Assembly (NCBI GenBank): GCA_964016885.1
Contig: OZ024752.1
Coordinates: forward strand, 27,032,001 to 27,096,000
Length of the DNA stretch: 64,000 nucleotides
Reading direction: 5' to 3'
Source of the DNA: Eledone cirrhosa
Taxonomy: Eukaryota
Below the pieces are notes generated by a model that saw only the letters and a program-made list of their open reading frames with translations, ran no database searches and had not been told where the DNA came from. Both the position numbers and the translations under genes were made by a program. Position 1 is the first letter of the stretch. Each line of letters opens with the position of its first letter. Of the stretch, positions 1-14,217 are shown one piece after another.

Positions 1-125
1 AATATCACAAATCGAATAAAGCTCTCGACAGAATGGTTAAATATAACAGAGCTATTCAACAGTCAATATAAGTAACTGAAAAAAATCAATAAAATTAACT
101 GCTCAATAGCTAGACTCTGGAGATT

Positions 126-723
<598 letters not shown>

Positions 724-1244
724 CAAAATTAAGATAAATCAAATGAATTTAATCTAAATTAAAATTATGGGTGTCATGCCAGAAAAAAATGCGCCATATC
801 ACCCGCAAAATAAGCTCTAAGATTCTAACGAGTAGATCCGATCATTTTATAATAACTAGAGATTGATTAACATATAAATAAAGATGAATAATCACAGGAG
901 ATAAGTTTTACAAGTGTGTAACCACACATAGCTAGGTAGGTAACTAAATAAAGTTGACCAGAACTTCAAAAATAGATACCTTATAATATGATTAATCTTC
1001 CCTGTATATATTCCATTAAAGAAATATATTTCACCAATTAATCAGATGGTAAACCACAGAAGTGGAGACGTGGATTTTCAACAAGGAAGAAGTGTCAGCA
1101 ATCCGTGTTTACACTTCAAGTTCAAATCAGCGACTGGCCAGCACCACGTGTTGTATTTTCTAGAAATACACACATCATACTAGCTTCGTCCCAGTGGCGT
1201 GAATAGGGTTATCGACAACTAGAAACAGCAGTATAGACATATAT

Positions 1245-1315
<71 letters not shown>

Positions 1316-1316
<1 letters not shown>

Positions 1317-2109
1317 TAGCCGAATTACCCGTGCCTTGCTGCGTTTCACACATTTTTGTTGTAGTAAAATGATGATTGATTTTAAATCAGTGATATAATT
1401 TGTGGAGAAAAACTCTGCATTTGAATATTACTCAATGTAAAATGTAATGCATGAAAAATTGGAAAACATTATTTTTTTGTAATGGCGGTGGATTGGCAGT
1501 ATCGGTAGAGGGTCGGACGCCATGCTTTGACGCATAGAGTTATGGCCCTTGCCATTCTGAGTTCAAATCCCGCCGAGGTTAACTTTACCTTTCATCCTTA
1601 TTGGGTCGATAAAATAAAGTACCAGTAATACACTGGGTAATTGCTGGCCTTGTGCCAAAAGTAGAAACAATTATTTTTTGTAATATATTAAATCAAAATT
1701 ACATTATTAAATCTTATTTTTATTTTGTTTCTTGAAAATCATTTTTTTCAAAATATCAATTCAAAACTTGACCATTTCATTTTTGTGTAAAGCATTTGAG
1801 TGTTCCAAAATTTTCACTATAGGGGGTTTAACCCCCATTAGGGTGTTTTAATATTATTGAAATTTGCTCAAATTTTGTGAATAGGGATCAAATCTTGTCA
1901 TTAAATTTCATATAATTCGAAGGGAACATTTTTTCAGCAAAGATGGGGGTTTGTGCCCCCGGGAAACCCTTTGATTAAAATGAAATATGCCTATCCAAGT
2001 ACCCTGGGCAATGTAGTTTCAGAATATATATGGTTATGGGGGTCTATCTCCAAAACCATAGGAGGAGCTTGTGAACAAACAAACAAGCAAACAGACAAGA
2101 ACTACAACT

Positions 2110-2120
<11 letters not shown>
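1316..2120 (-). mobile_element. Non-autonomous Helitron-like element (contains a nested SINE)
   Basis: Minus strand starts TATATAAAGTTGTAGTTCTTGTCTGTTTGCTTGTTTGTTTG (GTTT/CTGT microsatellite near the 5' end) and ends GCAAGGCACGGGTAATTCGG-CTAG-T. Embedded in (AT)n. Same architecture as 33029-33920. Confidence 0.6.
1484..1669 (+). mobile_element. tRNA-derived SINE (octopod family, Meta-like central domain), young short subtype
   Basis: A-box-like TGGCAGTATCGG, B-box GAGTTCAAATCC, central CTTTCATCCTTA..GGGTCGATAAAATAAAGTACCAG, 3' [22 protein letters not shown](T)GTAAT at 1468-1483 and 1670-1684. Confidence 0.92.
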
Positions 2121-2504
<384 letters not shown>

Positions 2505-2588
2505 GGTAAGTTATTCCGGGTTGAATCGGAGGTAACCACAGTAAGTAAGGTACTCAATACATAGAGTATACAAGTTTTAATATAGATG

Positions 2589-2639
2589 AGATTCTACACG
2601 ACTAGAACTGTTTCATTCTTTAGAAATCATCAGGAATCT
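2589..2639 (-). ncRNA. Type I hammerhead ribozyme motif (family A)
   Basis: AGATTC-CTGATGA-TTTCTAAAGAAT-GAAA-CAGTTCTAGTCGTG-TA/GAATCT. Stem I AGATTC:GAATCT; short stem II with a U-U at its base. Confidence 0.75.
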
Positions 2640-3304
2640 GGCTTGCCAAAATAAATGTTGTCGTATTTATATCTGTTCAGGTGGTAGGAGAGGGTGGGGT
2701 GTGGGATGGGTGGAGGTAATTGGTTGAAGGAAAAGGGAATTCATTAAAAGCTAATTCTTGAAGGATATAATTTATATTTAGAGTGACAAAGGCAGAAAGA
2801 ATTCTATAAACAAGTTCAGAATGGGGTGCCACTCCTTATTTTTAAGTTTCTGTTAAGCTAACAATGTCTATATTTCAGGTGTCTATAAGATGGTTGGGGG
2901 TCGGTCATGGGTGATGGATTTAAAGAAAAGGGAAATTCTTTAAAAGCTAATTCTTTAAAGCTCTACTTAGAGTGACAAAGGCCAAGAGAATTCTATGAAC
3001 CAGTTCAAAATATTGGGTGCCTATCATATCATTATTGTCATATTTCTCTTAAGCTATATTCCAGGTGTCAACAGACACATTCACATACACACACACACAC
3101 ACATAGGTGTGGCTAAGTCAGCTACGGCAGAATGATTATCTATAGAAATAGGTAAATGTACTTTTAAGGTTACCTCAGAGTTATGATATAGGAGGTTTTT
3201 ACTTACATAATCAAATTGCCTGGTTGAGTTATTAGTTCCTATATTGTTAGTAGAGATAGAAATCGGCAATGAAACACCATGGCATGCATTATTAGAAGGA
3301 GGTT

Positions 3305-3472
3305 GGGTTGGAAGTATCGGTAGAGAGTCGGACGCCATGCTTTGACGCATAGAGTTGCGGCCCTTGCCATTCTGAGTTCAAATCCCGCCGAGGTTAACTT
3401 TGCCTTTCATCCTTACGGGGTCGATAAAATAAAATACCAGTAATGCACTGGGATGATTGCAATTATGAAACA
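3305..3472 (+). mobile_element. tRNA-derived SINE copy with 3' internal deletion
   Basis: Same family as 1484; TSD ATTATTAGAAGGAGG at 3288-3302 and 3473-3487. Confidence 0.9.
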
Positions 3473-4347
3473 ATTATTAGAAGGAGGATTAGCAGAGTTA
3501 TCCATAGGTAATAAAGTATGGTTTTCCACAAGTTTGTAGATCAAGGGTTAATTCTAGATCACTGGGATTAAATTCATGGAGGAAGTTATAGTAGAAATAA
3601 GATTATTAGAAGAATTCTTGGGTACTCATTTTTTATGCTTCGTAGATGCTGGGTCTTTGCTGCTATTGTTCAGTATATAAGCGATGTGCTCCTTGTACCC
3701 GCTTCTGGCAAGGGCTTCATTGTAGTACGGTGCATTCTTATAGAAGTCCACATGAGCCGATATCCTTGAGATCCTAAGTGATTTGTTAATAAGGATAATT
3801 TACATATAGAATAAATGTTTGAAAATTAATTAAATCAGAATTAATCTGTTCCTTCAAAAGCTGATACCGTACTTCTTCATTTCAATAACAATATTAACTC
3901 CCAAAACTAATCGAAATAACTTACATTCCACCTAACCAAATTGACTTAATGAAAATCTAATCCCTAGTAAATAATCAAAAGCAATATTGAAATCGGAAAT
4001 TTTAATCCAACTTTAATTACCATGTATTAGTATCTCCCATCCTGGGATACATTTTTACCTTTTAAATTTTCTTTATATTACTCAATATTTTTCCAATGTT
4101 TGAGTTACAATTCACCTATAATATGTCTTATGAATTAACCCAAACAACCTATACATTTACCTCAAAATTCTTCCTATATCTGAGCTTCATTACCAATCCT
4201 AAATCAGCATTAGATTTAGAAAATAAATGTTTTTCTTATTACGTATGTATTAGTATATACACATATAACCTCGATTAGGACACAAGATACGCCTTCTAAA
4301 TTAGGTTTTATTAAATATTATTAATTTATTTAATTAATTTATTTAAG

Positions 4348-4531
4348 GGCGGTGGATTGGCAGTATCAGTAGAGAGTCGGACGCCATGCTTTCCAGCATA
4401 GTTACGTCCCTCTACGGTCTGAGTTCAAATCTCGCCGAGGTTAACTTTGCATTTCATCCTTACGGGGTCGATAAAATAAAGTACCAGTAATGCACTGGAA
4501 ATTTGCTGGCCTTGTGCCAAAAGTAGAAACA
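4348..4531 (+). mobile_element. tRNA-derived SINE copy
   Basis: Full family consensus; flanked by ATTATTAATTTATTTAAT duplication. Confidence 0.92.
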
Positions 4532-5269
4532 ATTATTAATTTATTTAATATTGTTTATTAAATATTGTTTTCTCAAGTTAGCATTACAGTAACTTACAAG
4601 TAAGTCCAATAACAAAGTGTTTTCACTATATCTGAATTAGAACACCCAAATAAAATTCTGCTTTATTGGTTTATTTTATTTGTTATCAACCTGATACTTA
4701 GCATCCATCTATTAAGACGTCTTCTCATTGAAGATTTATTACACCTTGCGCAGGACACTCACCACAATAATAATAATCTTCTTCTTCTTCTTCTACTTCT
4801 TTTTCTTTTTCTTTTTCTTTTTCTTTTTCTTTTTCTTTTTTTTTCTTTTCTTTTTTTTCTTTTTTTTCTTTTTCTTTTTCTTCTTTTTTTTCTTCTTCTT
4901 TTACTTTTTATTTCTTCTTTTTTCTTTTTCTTTTACTTTTTATTTCTTCTTCTTCTTCCTTCTCCTTTTACACCTTCTTCCATCTCTTCCTATCTATCAT
5001 CCTACCCATCTGCTCCTTCTTCTTCATCTCGCCTCCTACTGTACCTCCGTCTTCTTTTATCCCTCCCATCCTACTCCTTCATCTTATTACTTGTCTTTGC
5101 TCTGCTTCTTTATCCACTTAACCCCCCCCCCTCAAATGACATTTCTCGATAGTGTCCTACAACATTACCCCACTATCTCTATCAGTCTAAAGATAATCTG
5201 GAATATATATTTATATGGTATGTCTATTCTTGTATCTACCCTTGTATCTACCAATAAAGATTCTAACTA

Positions 5270-5395
5270 CATTGTTTCCGAAGAAGACGGTCTGATCGAA
5301 CATATATGATGTCTGATATTATACAGTTATATAATTGCTATAGATCAGTCAATATGTCAATATGATCAACCCTCCGAAACGGTCGCAAAACAATG
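5270..5395 (+). ncRNA. Degenerate hammerhead motif with long stem II (family B)
   Basis: CATTGTTT-CCGAAGA-(about 90 nt partly paired)-GAAA-CGGTCG-CA/AAACAATG. The 8-bp stem I is intact; two T>C changes hit the core and the cleavage triplet. Confidence 0.55.
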
Positions 5396-5474
5396 AAATG
5401 AATAGGTAAAATAACATGACTTTGTTATTGATTTAATTGTTAAAATAATATCTAATATCAGACTGTATCTAAAG

Positions 5475-5738
5475 CAGTCATGGGCAACCTGCAGCCCGCG
5501 AAGCTTTCTAAATGGCTCGCCTAATTCACCTAAGTGAAATCTTTCTGATTTTTTTACCCAAACTTTTCAGTGGTAATTAATTTTTTCTATCATTTTTACG
5601 ATAGAGGAAAACAACGTGTAGAGTCTGAAGAAACAAATCAAAACAACCTGAGTTACAGCCCCTTTTAATATGGGCACGAATGTATGATAATGAGCCATAT
5701 CTCATGCGCCCCGCCTCTCGAAAAGTTGCCCATGCCTT
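5475..5738. mobile_element. hAT (Charlie/Buster-like) MITE remnant
   Basis: Ends CAGTCATGGGCAACCT...AAGTTGCCCATGCCT form imperfect TIRs, followed by GCAGCCCGCG as in Charlie-type ends; preceded by TCTAAAG. Confidence 0.6.
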
Positions 5739-5897
5739 ATCAGCGGAACACGGAACCTTTCTCTGGATTACTCACTATCGAATTACATTGAGTACTATAT
5801 GCGGTATAGACCCTACCACGATGGGTAGACCCCATTGAAAATATATGCATACATACATATACATACTTACATATATATATACACACACACACACACG

Positions 5898-5937
<40 letters not shown>

Positions 5938-5959
5938 CTAAAAAACGTTACCCATATAA

Positions 5960-6730
5960 ATACTAATGTAAAATAGTGCCTTAATTTCATTGGTAACGTG
6001 GCTTTGAATTCAGAACGTAAAGGATCGTAACTATATGCCGCAAAGCATAATGCCTGGCGATCTCTCGATATTGCCAATCCACTACAATAATAATTTCTGA
6101 TGTAGGCTCAAGGCCATCAATTTTGCAGGAGGGGAAAGTCGATTAAATTGATTCCAGTGTATTACTGGTGCTTTATTTATTGAAAAGCAAAGCTAGCATC
6201 GGCGGGATTTGAACGCCGAACATAAATGGCCGTAACTATATGCCGCAAAGCATGTTGTCTGACGGTCTACTGATATTACCATTCCACCACCCTGTAATAT
6301 TTCTATTATAATTGTTTCTACTTTTGGCACAAGGACAGCAATTACCCAGTACATTACTGGTACTTTATTTTATCGAAAGCAAAGGACGAAAGCAAAGTTA
6401 ACCTCGGCCGGATTTGAACTCAGACTGCAATGGGACGTAAATCTATGCTGCAAAGCATGGCGTCCGACCCTCTACCGATACTACCAATCCACCTCCATAA
6501 TATTTCTATAATAATGGTTTCTTATATAGGCACAAATCCAGCAATTTTGGCGGAGGGGAAAGTCGATTAAATCGACCCCCAGTGTGTGACTGGTAATTTA
6601 TTTTATCCACCACGTAAGGATGAAAGGCAAAGTTAACTTCGGCAGGATTTGAACTCAGATCATAAAGGGCCGTTACTCTATGCTACAAAGTATGGCGTCC
6701 GATCATCTACCGATACTGAATAGCCACCCA
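5960..6730 (-). mobile_element. Cluster of four head-to-tail SINE copies (mostly old long subtype, one young)
   Basis: Reverse-complement family matches at ~5960-6085, 6095-6290, 6310-6497 and 6515-6730. The older copies retain the GTCGATTTAATCGACTTTCCCCTCC segment. Confidence 0.85.
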
Positions 6731-6800
6731 TTTGATTTTCAGATTCCTCCCAAACTCTGTTAATTTTCAATATTCTACTACTAACATTATCTTGAAGTTT

Positions 6801-6944
6801 GCTTTCCAGCATAGTTACGTCCCTTTACGATCTGAGTTCAAATCCCGCCGAGGTTGACTTTGCCTTTCATCCTTACGGGGTCGATAAAATAAAGTACCAG
6901 TAATGCACTGGATAATTGCTGGCCTTGTGCCTAAAGTAGAAACA
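6801..6944 (+). mobile_element. 5'-truncated SINE
   Basis: Family match; perfect TSD ATTATCTTGAAGTTTG at 6786-6801 and 6945-6960. Confidence 0.92.
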
Positions 6945-6975
6945 ATTATCTTGAAGTTTGAGATTTTGTCTGTTT

Positions 6976-7065
6976 TATTGCCATGTCTATTGCCATGTCT
7001 ATTGCCATGTCTATTGCCATGTCTATTGCCATGTCTATTGCCATGTCTATTGCCATGTCTATTGC
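6976..7065. repeat. 12-bp minisatellite (TATTGCCATGTC) x7.5
   Basis: Perfect units counted directly. Confidence 0.95.
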
Positions 7066-7503
7066 TGTCATAAACTTTGTTAACTTTTAACGTATTGGTT
7101 CGCATCCTTCCCTAAATGAAATTGACAGTATTTCTCCGTATTTGCACCCACACCTCTCTCTCTTTCTCTTTCTATCTCTCCGCCAATCATTCTCCCATGG
7201 ACTACCCATTTCCCCACCTTCACCGCTATATCTCTTTCAAGGACCGCATCAAAATGCAGAACTGTCTGCCTTATGGTAGTATTTCTCTCCCATGTGTATA
7301 TTTCTGCCAAACACTAATCTTCCCAACATAACATTACACATCTCTCTTATCCTGATCATCCTCTTCAGATAGTTGGCGTATTTCAGCAAACATTGCTGGC
7401 GGGTTTGTTGTTGATCAAGTAAGTAGACATATGATAAATGACTTTCCAGCCATCCTATATCTAATGAATATTTATTTATGCGCAACACACAGTATATTCA
7501 GAT

Positions 7504-7644
7504 ATCTAAGATAAATTTGATATAGATATAACTCGTTTTAAGTTAAAAGCTTCGCTTAGAACTTAACACATTTTAGTTTGGTTTCTCTTTTCACAGCGAA
7601 GCTTATAATTTAACGTTATGCTTTAGATTAAATTTATCTTAGAT
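7504..7644. repeat. Old imperfect inverted repeat (possible MITE)
   Basis: ATCTAAGATAAATTT/AAATTTATCTTAGAT and AAGCTTCGCT/AGCGAAGCTT pair symmetrically. Confidence 0.55.
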
Positions 7645-8071
7645 TATATCGTATATCCAGGTGAAAGTGTAGAAGCCTAATGGTTTGCTTCGGCTAATAG
7701 TAAATACAAAAAATATTCACAAAGTTGAATACGCTTGTTTGTCTGACAATTGGGTTGGGTTCTTCATGGAATAGTTTTTCTCAAAACTGCTGGTCTTTTC
7801 TTTACCTCATAGTAATCTAACCAATAGCATGTAAAAGACTGCATCGTCCAATATCGACATAGGTATGTTGAAGTGATTAAATTCGCTTTAAAATAGTGAG
7901 ATCCATGGTTTGTTTCTACTGTGGGACATATTAAGTAATTGTCTCTTACTAAAACATCAGATTCACTCATACATGTGAATGAAATTGTATAGATGGAAAT
8001 TATGAGGAAGCTTGACGGGTGGTTTTACCTTATAATTCAAACTCTCAGCCGTGTTACATAGCCTGAGAGTA

Positions 8072-8730
8072 ATGGCCTCTGATTTAGGCACAAGAGCAAC
8101 AACTTTGGTAGAGGGAAAAATCGAGTAAATCGACCTCAATACGTCACTGGTACTTTATTTTATCGAATCCGTAAGGATGTTAGGCAAAGCTAACCTCGGT
8201 GGGATTTGAAATCAGAATGTAAAGGGTCGTAGCTCTATTCTGCAAAGCATGTTATTTCAACAACTGAAAGCTCATCGTTGAAAACGACGAAGGATCCATT
8301 TTGTTATCCAAAACATGCTACCTATTTATCTAACCGTAGGGTAATGGTTTGGATGCAATTTCTGTGAAGTACTGTGACCATATTCAGGTTCCCTCATTGA
8401 GAATTACTCGGTGTGGAAAAAAATATATATTTATGATTAGTTCGATATTGAATTAATTATTATTTTAAAAACATTCCAATTCCATTTTTTCTGGAATGTA
8501 AAGAAACTAAAACTTGATTGGTACGGTTGATGTTGAACCGCCAACTGGCCAAAGAATTCACGCGAAATGAAAGAAAAATATCAATTCACAAACAACATAA
8601 GCAGAAAACCAGAAATTTGGTGTGTGGGTTAGTCGATTAAATCGACCCCATTCATTGATTGCTACTTCGTTTTATCGAACCGGGAAGGATGAAAGGCAAA
8701 ATTAGGCTTGGAGGTAATCGAACTCAGCCT
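8072..8730 (-). mobile_element. Two diverged old-subtype SINE copies (~8072-8252, ~8610-8730)
   Basis: CTGGTACTTTATTTTATCGA and GGATGAAAGGCAAA matches plus the GTCGATTAAATCGAC segment. Confidence 0.75.
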
Positions 8731-11035
8731 ATAAATAAGCAGAGTAAAGGCAATGTACTGAAGATCTAAGTATTTTACCAATTGATCAATCTTAAGGAAA
8801 GGGAAACAATAAAATAACTTGTGCTATATAGTAAAATAATGGTGATTAACATACTATAATTAACAGAGCCATAGTTGACATAATAATTATTAACATATCA
8901 ATTGATTGTTAAAATCGATGGTGTAGTTCTTATATATGTACACACACACACACCAACTTCCCCCATCCCATACATATGACCATGCACGCAATACATTTCT
9001 ATCTCTGCAAACTTATATTCACCTTCCAGTTCAAACCACCTGGATTCTGATCCTATATATTGTAAAGATACTCATCCATTCAATCCTGTATGATATCAGT
9101 TGATATATGCTGAACATCTTAACTATAATAAAGAAAGGAGTGCGGGACTGCGTCCAGAATATATTTTTTTATCCTGTTTGTAAAATAAGTTGGATTACTT
9201 TGTATAAATAATGAATGAATATTACATAATTTATGTACTAAATTTCATAACTCTTGATTAAATATAAATAATTTTATTGCTTTAAAGATTCACTTCTTTA
9301 AAATTTTCAAATGTCAACACTTCCGGTTAGCACCCGTTATATTATAACACTTATAAAAACATTACATATATTTCCGTCTCTAATTTTCTCCTAATGCAGT
9401 TTATATATAATATTGTCATTTTTAAATGTATCATGGATTACTTTACTGATTGCAGAAAAGAGTGTAACAGTCTCTCTTCAATTTCTGTGGATATTGTCAA
9501 TTACGGTTTTATTTGACATGTCATATCTAAATGCAGATATGTTTGGTTTTTCTGCTAGTTTATATAATTATAGCCCTGAAGTATATTATTAAAATATCTT
9601 TAATAATTTCCCCCTCACAGTAATCAACATAAATATGGGATCTTTCGTATGCAAGCAATTGATCAAAATTCGAATTCCTAGTTTATATGATAGTTCATAG
9701 ATCCGATAATCCTGGTATTTATGGTATACCAAACCTGGACTGCCGTCATTATTGACGACATGAGTACACTAGTAATTCAATAATTCATATCACTAATAAT
9801 TCAATGGTCTTTACGCTCACCTATATAATATGTTTTCACGGCAAATAGAAAATAAAAATACATATATTTTCCTATTTTTTTTACTATTTAGAATTTATTT
9901 ATTCTTTCTATTGTTTTTATTCTTCATTTATTTATTATATATTTGTATTTATTTATTTATTATTTATTCCTATTTATCATTATTATCATTATTATTATTA
10001 TTTTCTTTTTCTTTGAAGCCCTAACAGTTATTGAACTGAAACAAAATGAATGTTTTTATAGGTCTTTACAAATAAATAACAAAATAAAACACCAAAAGAA
10101 ATATTTATTTCAAACGCAAATGGAACATTAGATAAAGAAATTGCTAAAGATTTCTTATTGACTTTTCGTTTTCTAGGCAAAAACCGACTTCCTTTCAATC
10201 CTACTAACCCCACCCCATAACTTTCTGCTCTCCTTCTTAAGCGAAGTTTATTAACACCAAATTTTGCATCAAACGAGCAAATTGGAATTCTTAGATGGGC
10301 ATATCTGTAGATCGTATATGCATGAGTTTGTATATTTAAGTTTTTGTCTATATGTGTAAGCCTGAATTCAGATATATTTATATAAAGATGCACTTGCCGA
10401 TGTATGTAGATATATATCTGTATGTAAGCGTATGTTTCTCCTACTCTTTCTCGTTTTATGCATTTATGCATCCATCTACGTGTACCTGATTGTCTGTGTA
10501 TAGGTGTATGTGTCCGAATTAATGCATGTGAAAATAAATGGATTGAGAATGTGTGGAGGCGTCGTGGTGTGTAAGGCATATATACATATATAAAGAGAGA
10601 GAGAGGTGAGGTATGTGTGTACCTGCGTGTGCATGTGTGCATTTGTGTGTGTCTGAAACTATATGAATGCATGTATGTCAATATATTCTGTGTATATATG
10701 ATAAAATTGGATGGGCAATATTAATTTTAAACCTGTATTTTTTCATATTTTAATAATATATAATATATCGAATTTCTCTTATTGATCAGCTATTCGCATT
10801 TATCAATCCTTTTCCATTGATAACAACAACAACGGCAACAACACCAGAAGCAACATCAACAACAAGAGCAGCAGTAGTAGCAACACCAACAACAAAAGCA
10901 ATATTTTTGATCGGAAAGTATGTAGTCGATTTAATCAAATTCGGCATTTGCTGGTACTTATTTTATCGACCCTGGCAAAATGAAAAGAAAAATCATATTT
11001 CGTGTGACTAACGTGAACATTTCAAACCGTTAATG

Positions 11036-11213
11036 ATTGTTTCTACTTTTGGCACAAGGCCAGCAATTAACCAGTGCATTACTGGTACTTTATTTTATCG
11101 ACTCCGTATGGATGAAAGGCAAAGTTAATCTCGGCGGGATTTAAACTCAGAATGGCAAGGGCCTTAACTCTATCCGTCAAAGCATCGCATCCGACCCTCT
11201 ACCGATACCGCCA
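11036..11213 (-). mobile_element. tRNA-derived SINE copy (a decayed copy precedes it at ~10900-10990)
   Basis: Reverse-complement family match. Confidence 0.9.
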
Positions 11214-11557
11214 TAATGATAGTTCATCATGGATGACTGAAATATTCGGATCATTCACGCTGGAGGAGAAAATATCACTTTGGACGTAATTCCTTTGGAA
11301 GCAACTGTAAAGATGAGGCTGATAGAATATTTCGTGGGAGGCGGGAACAGGCGGATAACGAGGACACAGAATATCAGCCCTAATCCTGTGCTCGTTGTTA
11401 GTTTTCTATTGAGTAACAAAGCGGCTTATACAACATTTACAACACATAGATGGTTTCAATGGCATCATCCTCAACACTGAGAGATATAAATGATGATGGC
11501 TCTATGGGATTTGGACTCAGATCACAAAAGGACATAATTAAATAGTATAAAGAATAT

Positions 11558-12078
11558 TGTATATTGATATGTATTGAAATTTCGTATTTCTAAAGAAATA
11601 CGATATGTTTATAGGTAAACATTTAGAAAGCTGTAGCTATGCAAAACACCGGGGCTATCGCCCTCTGGCGGAGTCCAGCGGAAGCAAGAGGGACAATCGT
11701 CGATGCATTTCGAACTGAACTGGTTCTCATCAGGACGATCCCTCCTACTTTTGCGACTGCTGGACTTGAAAACAGACGAGAATATATGGTTTTTCTCGTC
11801 TGTGTAAATGAAGTAATAAATCTCATTTACACATGAAGCTGCATAAGTTGGCTCAACTTATAATAGAATAGAATTAGGATTTAGCTTCATGCATAGCTGT
11901 ATATAGATATGTATTGTAGTTTCGTATTTCTAAAGAAATACGTTATGTTTATAGGTAAACATTTTGAAAGCCGTAACTATGCAAAACACTGGGGCTATCG
12001 CCCTCTGGCGGTGTCCAGCGGAAGCAAGAGGGACAATCGTCGATGCATTTCGAACTTAACTGGACGATCCCTCCTACT
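11558..12078 (-). mobile_element. Retrozyme-like non-coding element, 1.5 tandem units of 340 bp
   Basis: 11558-11749 is repeated at 11898-12078 (offset 340). Each repeat spans the HHR position. Confidence 0.75.
11696..11739 (-). ncRNA. Minimal type I hammerhead ribozyme (family C)
   Basis: ATCGTC-CTGATGA-GAAC CAGTTCA GTTC-GAAA-TGCA-TC/GACGAT. All core bases are present and loop III is palindromic. The second copy at 12036-12068 has an 11-nt deletion of the core. Confidence 0.9.
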
Positions 12079-12152
12079 ATTATACTGTATATTGTTTTAT
12101 ATTGTCTTACAGATTCTGACATACTCTATTCTCAATAACAATAATTTTCTAA

Positions 12153-12242
12153 AGTCGGACTCGAACCGGAGATTCATCAGGTCGAACTCAGGAAGTTACG
12201 GTCGAGAGGTGATCACCTAAACCACTAAATCACGTGCCCGCA
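12153..12242 (-). mobile_element. tRNA-like Pol III head (SINE fragment or tRNA pseudogene)
   Basis: Minus strand GGGCACGTGATTTAGTGGTT (A-box-like) ... GGTTCGAGTCC (B-box); no intact cloverleaf seen. Confidence 0.45.
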
Positions 12243-12736
12243 ACACACACACACACACTCACACTCACACTCACACTCACACTCACACACACATATATAT
12301 ATTGAAAAACACACCCATATATGAAATATATGCATATACATATATATGCACGGACTGAGTTACACAACTCATACACAAATACGTACCATCTTAAAAATAT
12401 AGAAAATACAAAAAAAAAAAACGGATATCTCATAAAAAAACCCTCTCAAATACACAAATATCCACATACAAAACTATACACTTATACACATTCAGATAAA
12501 TCTATATATATATATATATATAATCATAAATAGATATGCATAAACAGACATTGAAAGCAAGTACACAATTTTGTTTTTGCATTTTTATATACCTCCCAAT
12601 ATTTTGCCAGCACGTAGCGCTGAACATCAAATGCAAAGATTTCAAGAAAAAAAATATATTTTCGAAATTAGTGAAGCAAAAGTTGAAACAACATAATAAA
12701 GTAAAACCGTTAAAAGGCAGATAATCTAGTCTATGT

Positions 12737-12739
<3 letters not shown>

Positions 12740-12793
<54 letters not shown>

Positions 12794-13942
12794 ATATATG
12801 TATGTATATATATATATGTATATATGTTTGTATGTATGTGTCTGTGTATAAAGGTATGTATGGAGGTTTGTATGTATATATGTGTGTGTATATATGTATG
12901 CATATATGTATGTATATATATATGTATGTATAAAGGTATATATGTATGCATCTGTGTATATATGTATATATCTATACATGTATATATGTATGGATGTATG
13001 TGTGCGTGAGTGTAATTTGTATGTATATGTGTATGTATGCCTGTGAGTACATTGTATATGTATGCACGTACGTTGTATGTGTAAGATTAAATTATCGTCT
13101 GCATTTTCTCATTTACTTTCATTAATATCATAATAGATACTTCACTTTGTCTACACGGCATGATACCTCGTTACTAATTTATATACACACATACATACAC
13201 GCATAGTTTATATATATGTATGTATGTATGATATATATATATATATATAATGTGTGTGTGCGTGTGTGTGTGGGTGATATAATATAATACATTCCCCCAC
13301 ACACATATATATATATTATATATGTATATTATATATATAGAGATAGATATAGGTATATATATTATAAATGTATATTATATATATATATTATAAATGTATA
13401 TTATATATATATATTATAAATGTATATTATATATATATATTATAAATGTATATTATATATATATATTATAAATGTATATTATATATATATATATATATTA
13501 TAAATGTATATTATATATATATATATATATTATAAATGTATATTATATATATATATATTATACATGTATATTATATATATATATTATGCATGTATATTAT
13601 ATATATATATTATACATGTATATTATATATATATATTATACATGTATATTATATATATATATTATGCATGTATATTATATATATATATTATACATGTATA
13701 TTATATATATATATATATATTATACATGTATATTATATATATATATATATTATACATGTATATTATATATATATATTATACATGTATATTATATATATAT
13801 ATATATTATACATGTATATTATATATATATATATTTTATACATGTATATTATATATATATATATATATATATTATACATGTATATTATATATATATATAT
13901 AGATATATATATAGATATATATATATACATATATATACATAT
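12740..13942. repeat. AT/GT microsatellites and a (TATATTATA[A/C]ATGTATATTA(TA)n) minisatellite at ~13360-13900
   Basis: Visible variable-length units; short unique stretch at ~13080-13180. Confidence 0.9.
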
Positions 13943-14185
13943 ACACGTGAAACAGGTATATATCCCTGGCATTGTTTCATTCCAGTGTAAAACACAGTGG
14001 GTGAAAAGGAAGAATGGAAAAACCTATTCAGTTGAAAATATCACCTAGATTCTAAGACTTGGAAACAACTAATTGAAAAATTGTCAACACTTATCTATCT
14101 ATCTATCCATCTCTTTCTCTCTCTCTCTCCACACCCACACACATTATGTGTATGTATGTATGCATATATATATATATACAGACAC

Positions 14186-14217
<32 letters not shown>

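Larger units (their letters stand above)
2505..3778 (-). mobile_element. Penelope-like element remnant: RT C-terminal fragment, UTR and pseudo-LTR with hammerhead
   Basis: Minus strand of ~3670-3778 translates to LRISRISAHVDFYKNAPYYNEALARSGYKEHIAYI, matching KRISRISSNRKIFDEKAQYYNEALARAGYADKIVYI of the ORF at 61123. HHR at 2589-2639. The end at 2505-2575 recurs at 29421-29490 in (AT)n. Continuity across the interval is inferred. Confidence 0.65.

Noticed and set aside
1484-1580. SINE heads as real tRNA genes
   Set aside because: A/B boxes are present but there is no cloverleaf; always joined to the SINE body and flanked by TSDs.
6976-7065. Regular repeat arrays (also 20177, 33335) as possible CRISPR
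   Set aside because: No unique spacers, no cas genes, eukaryotic context.
12165-12190. CTGATGA on the minus strand
   Set aside because: No matching stem I or properly placed GAAA..UH; better explained as part of a tRNA-like head.
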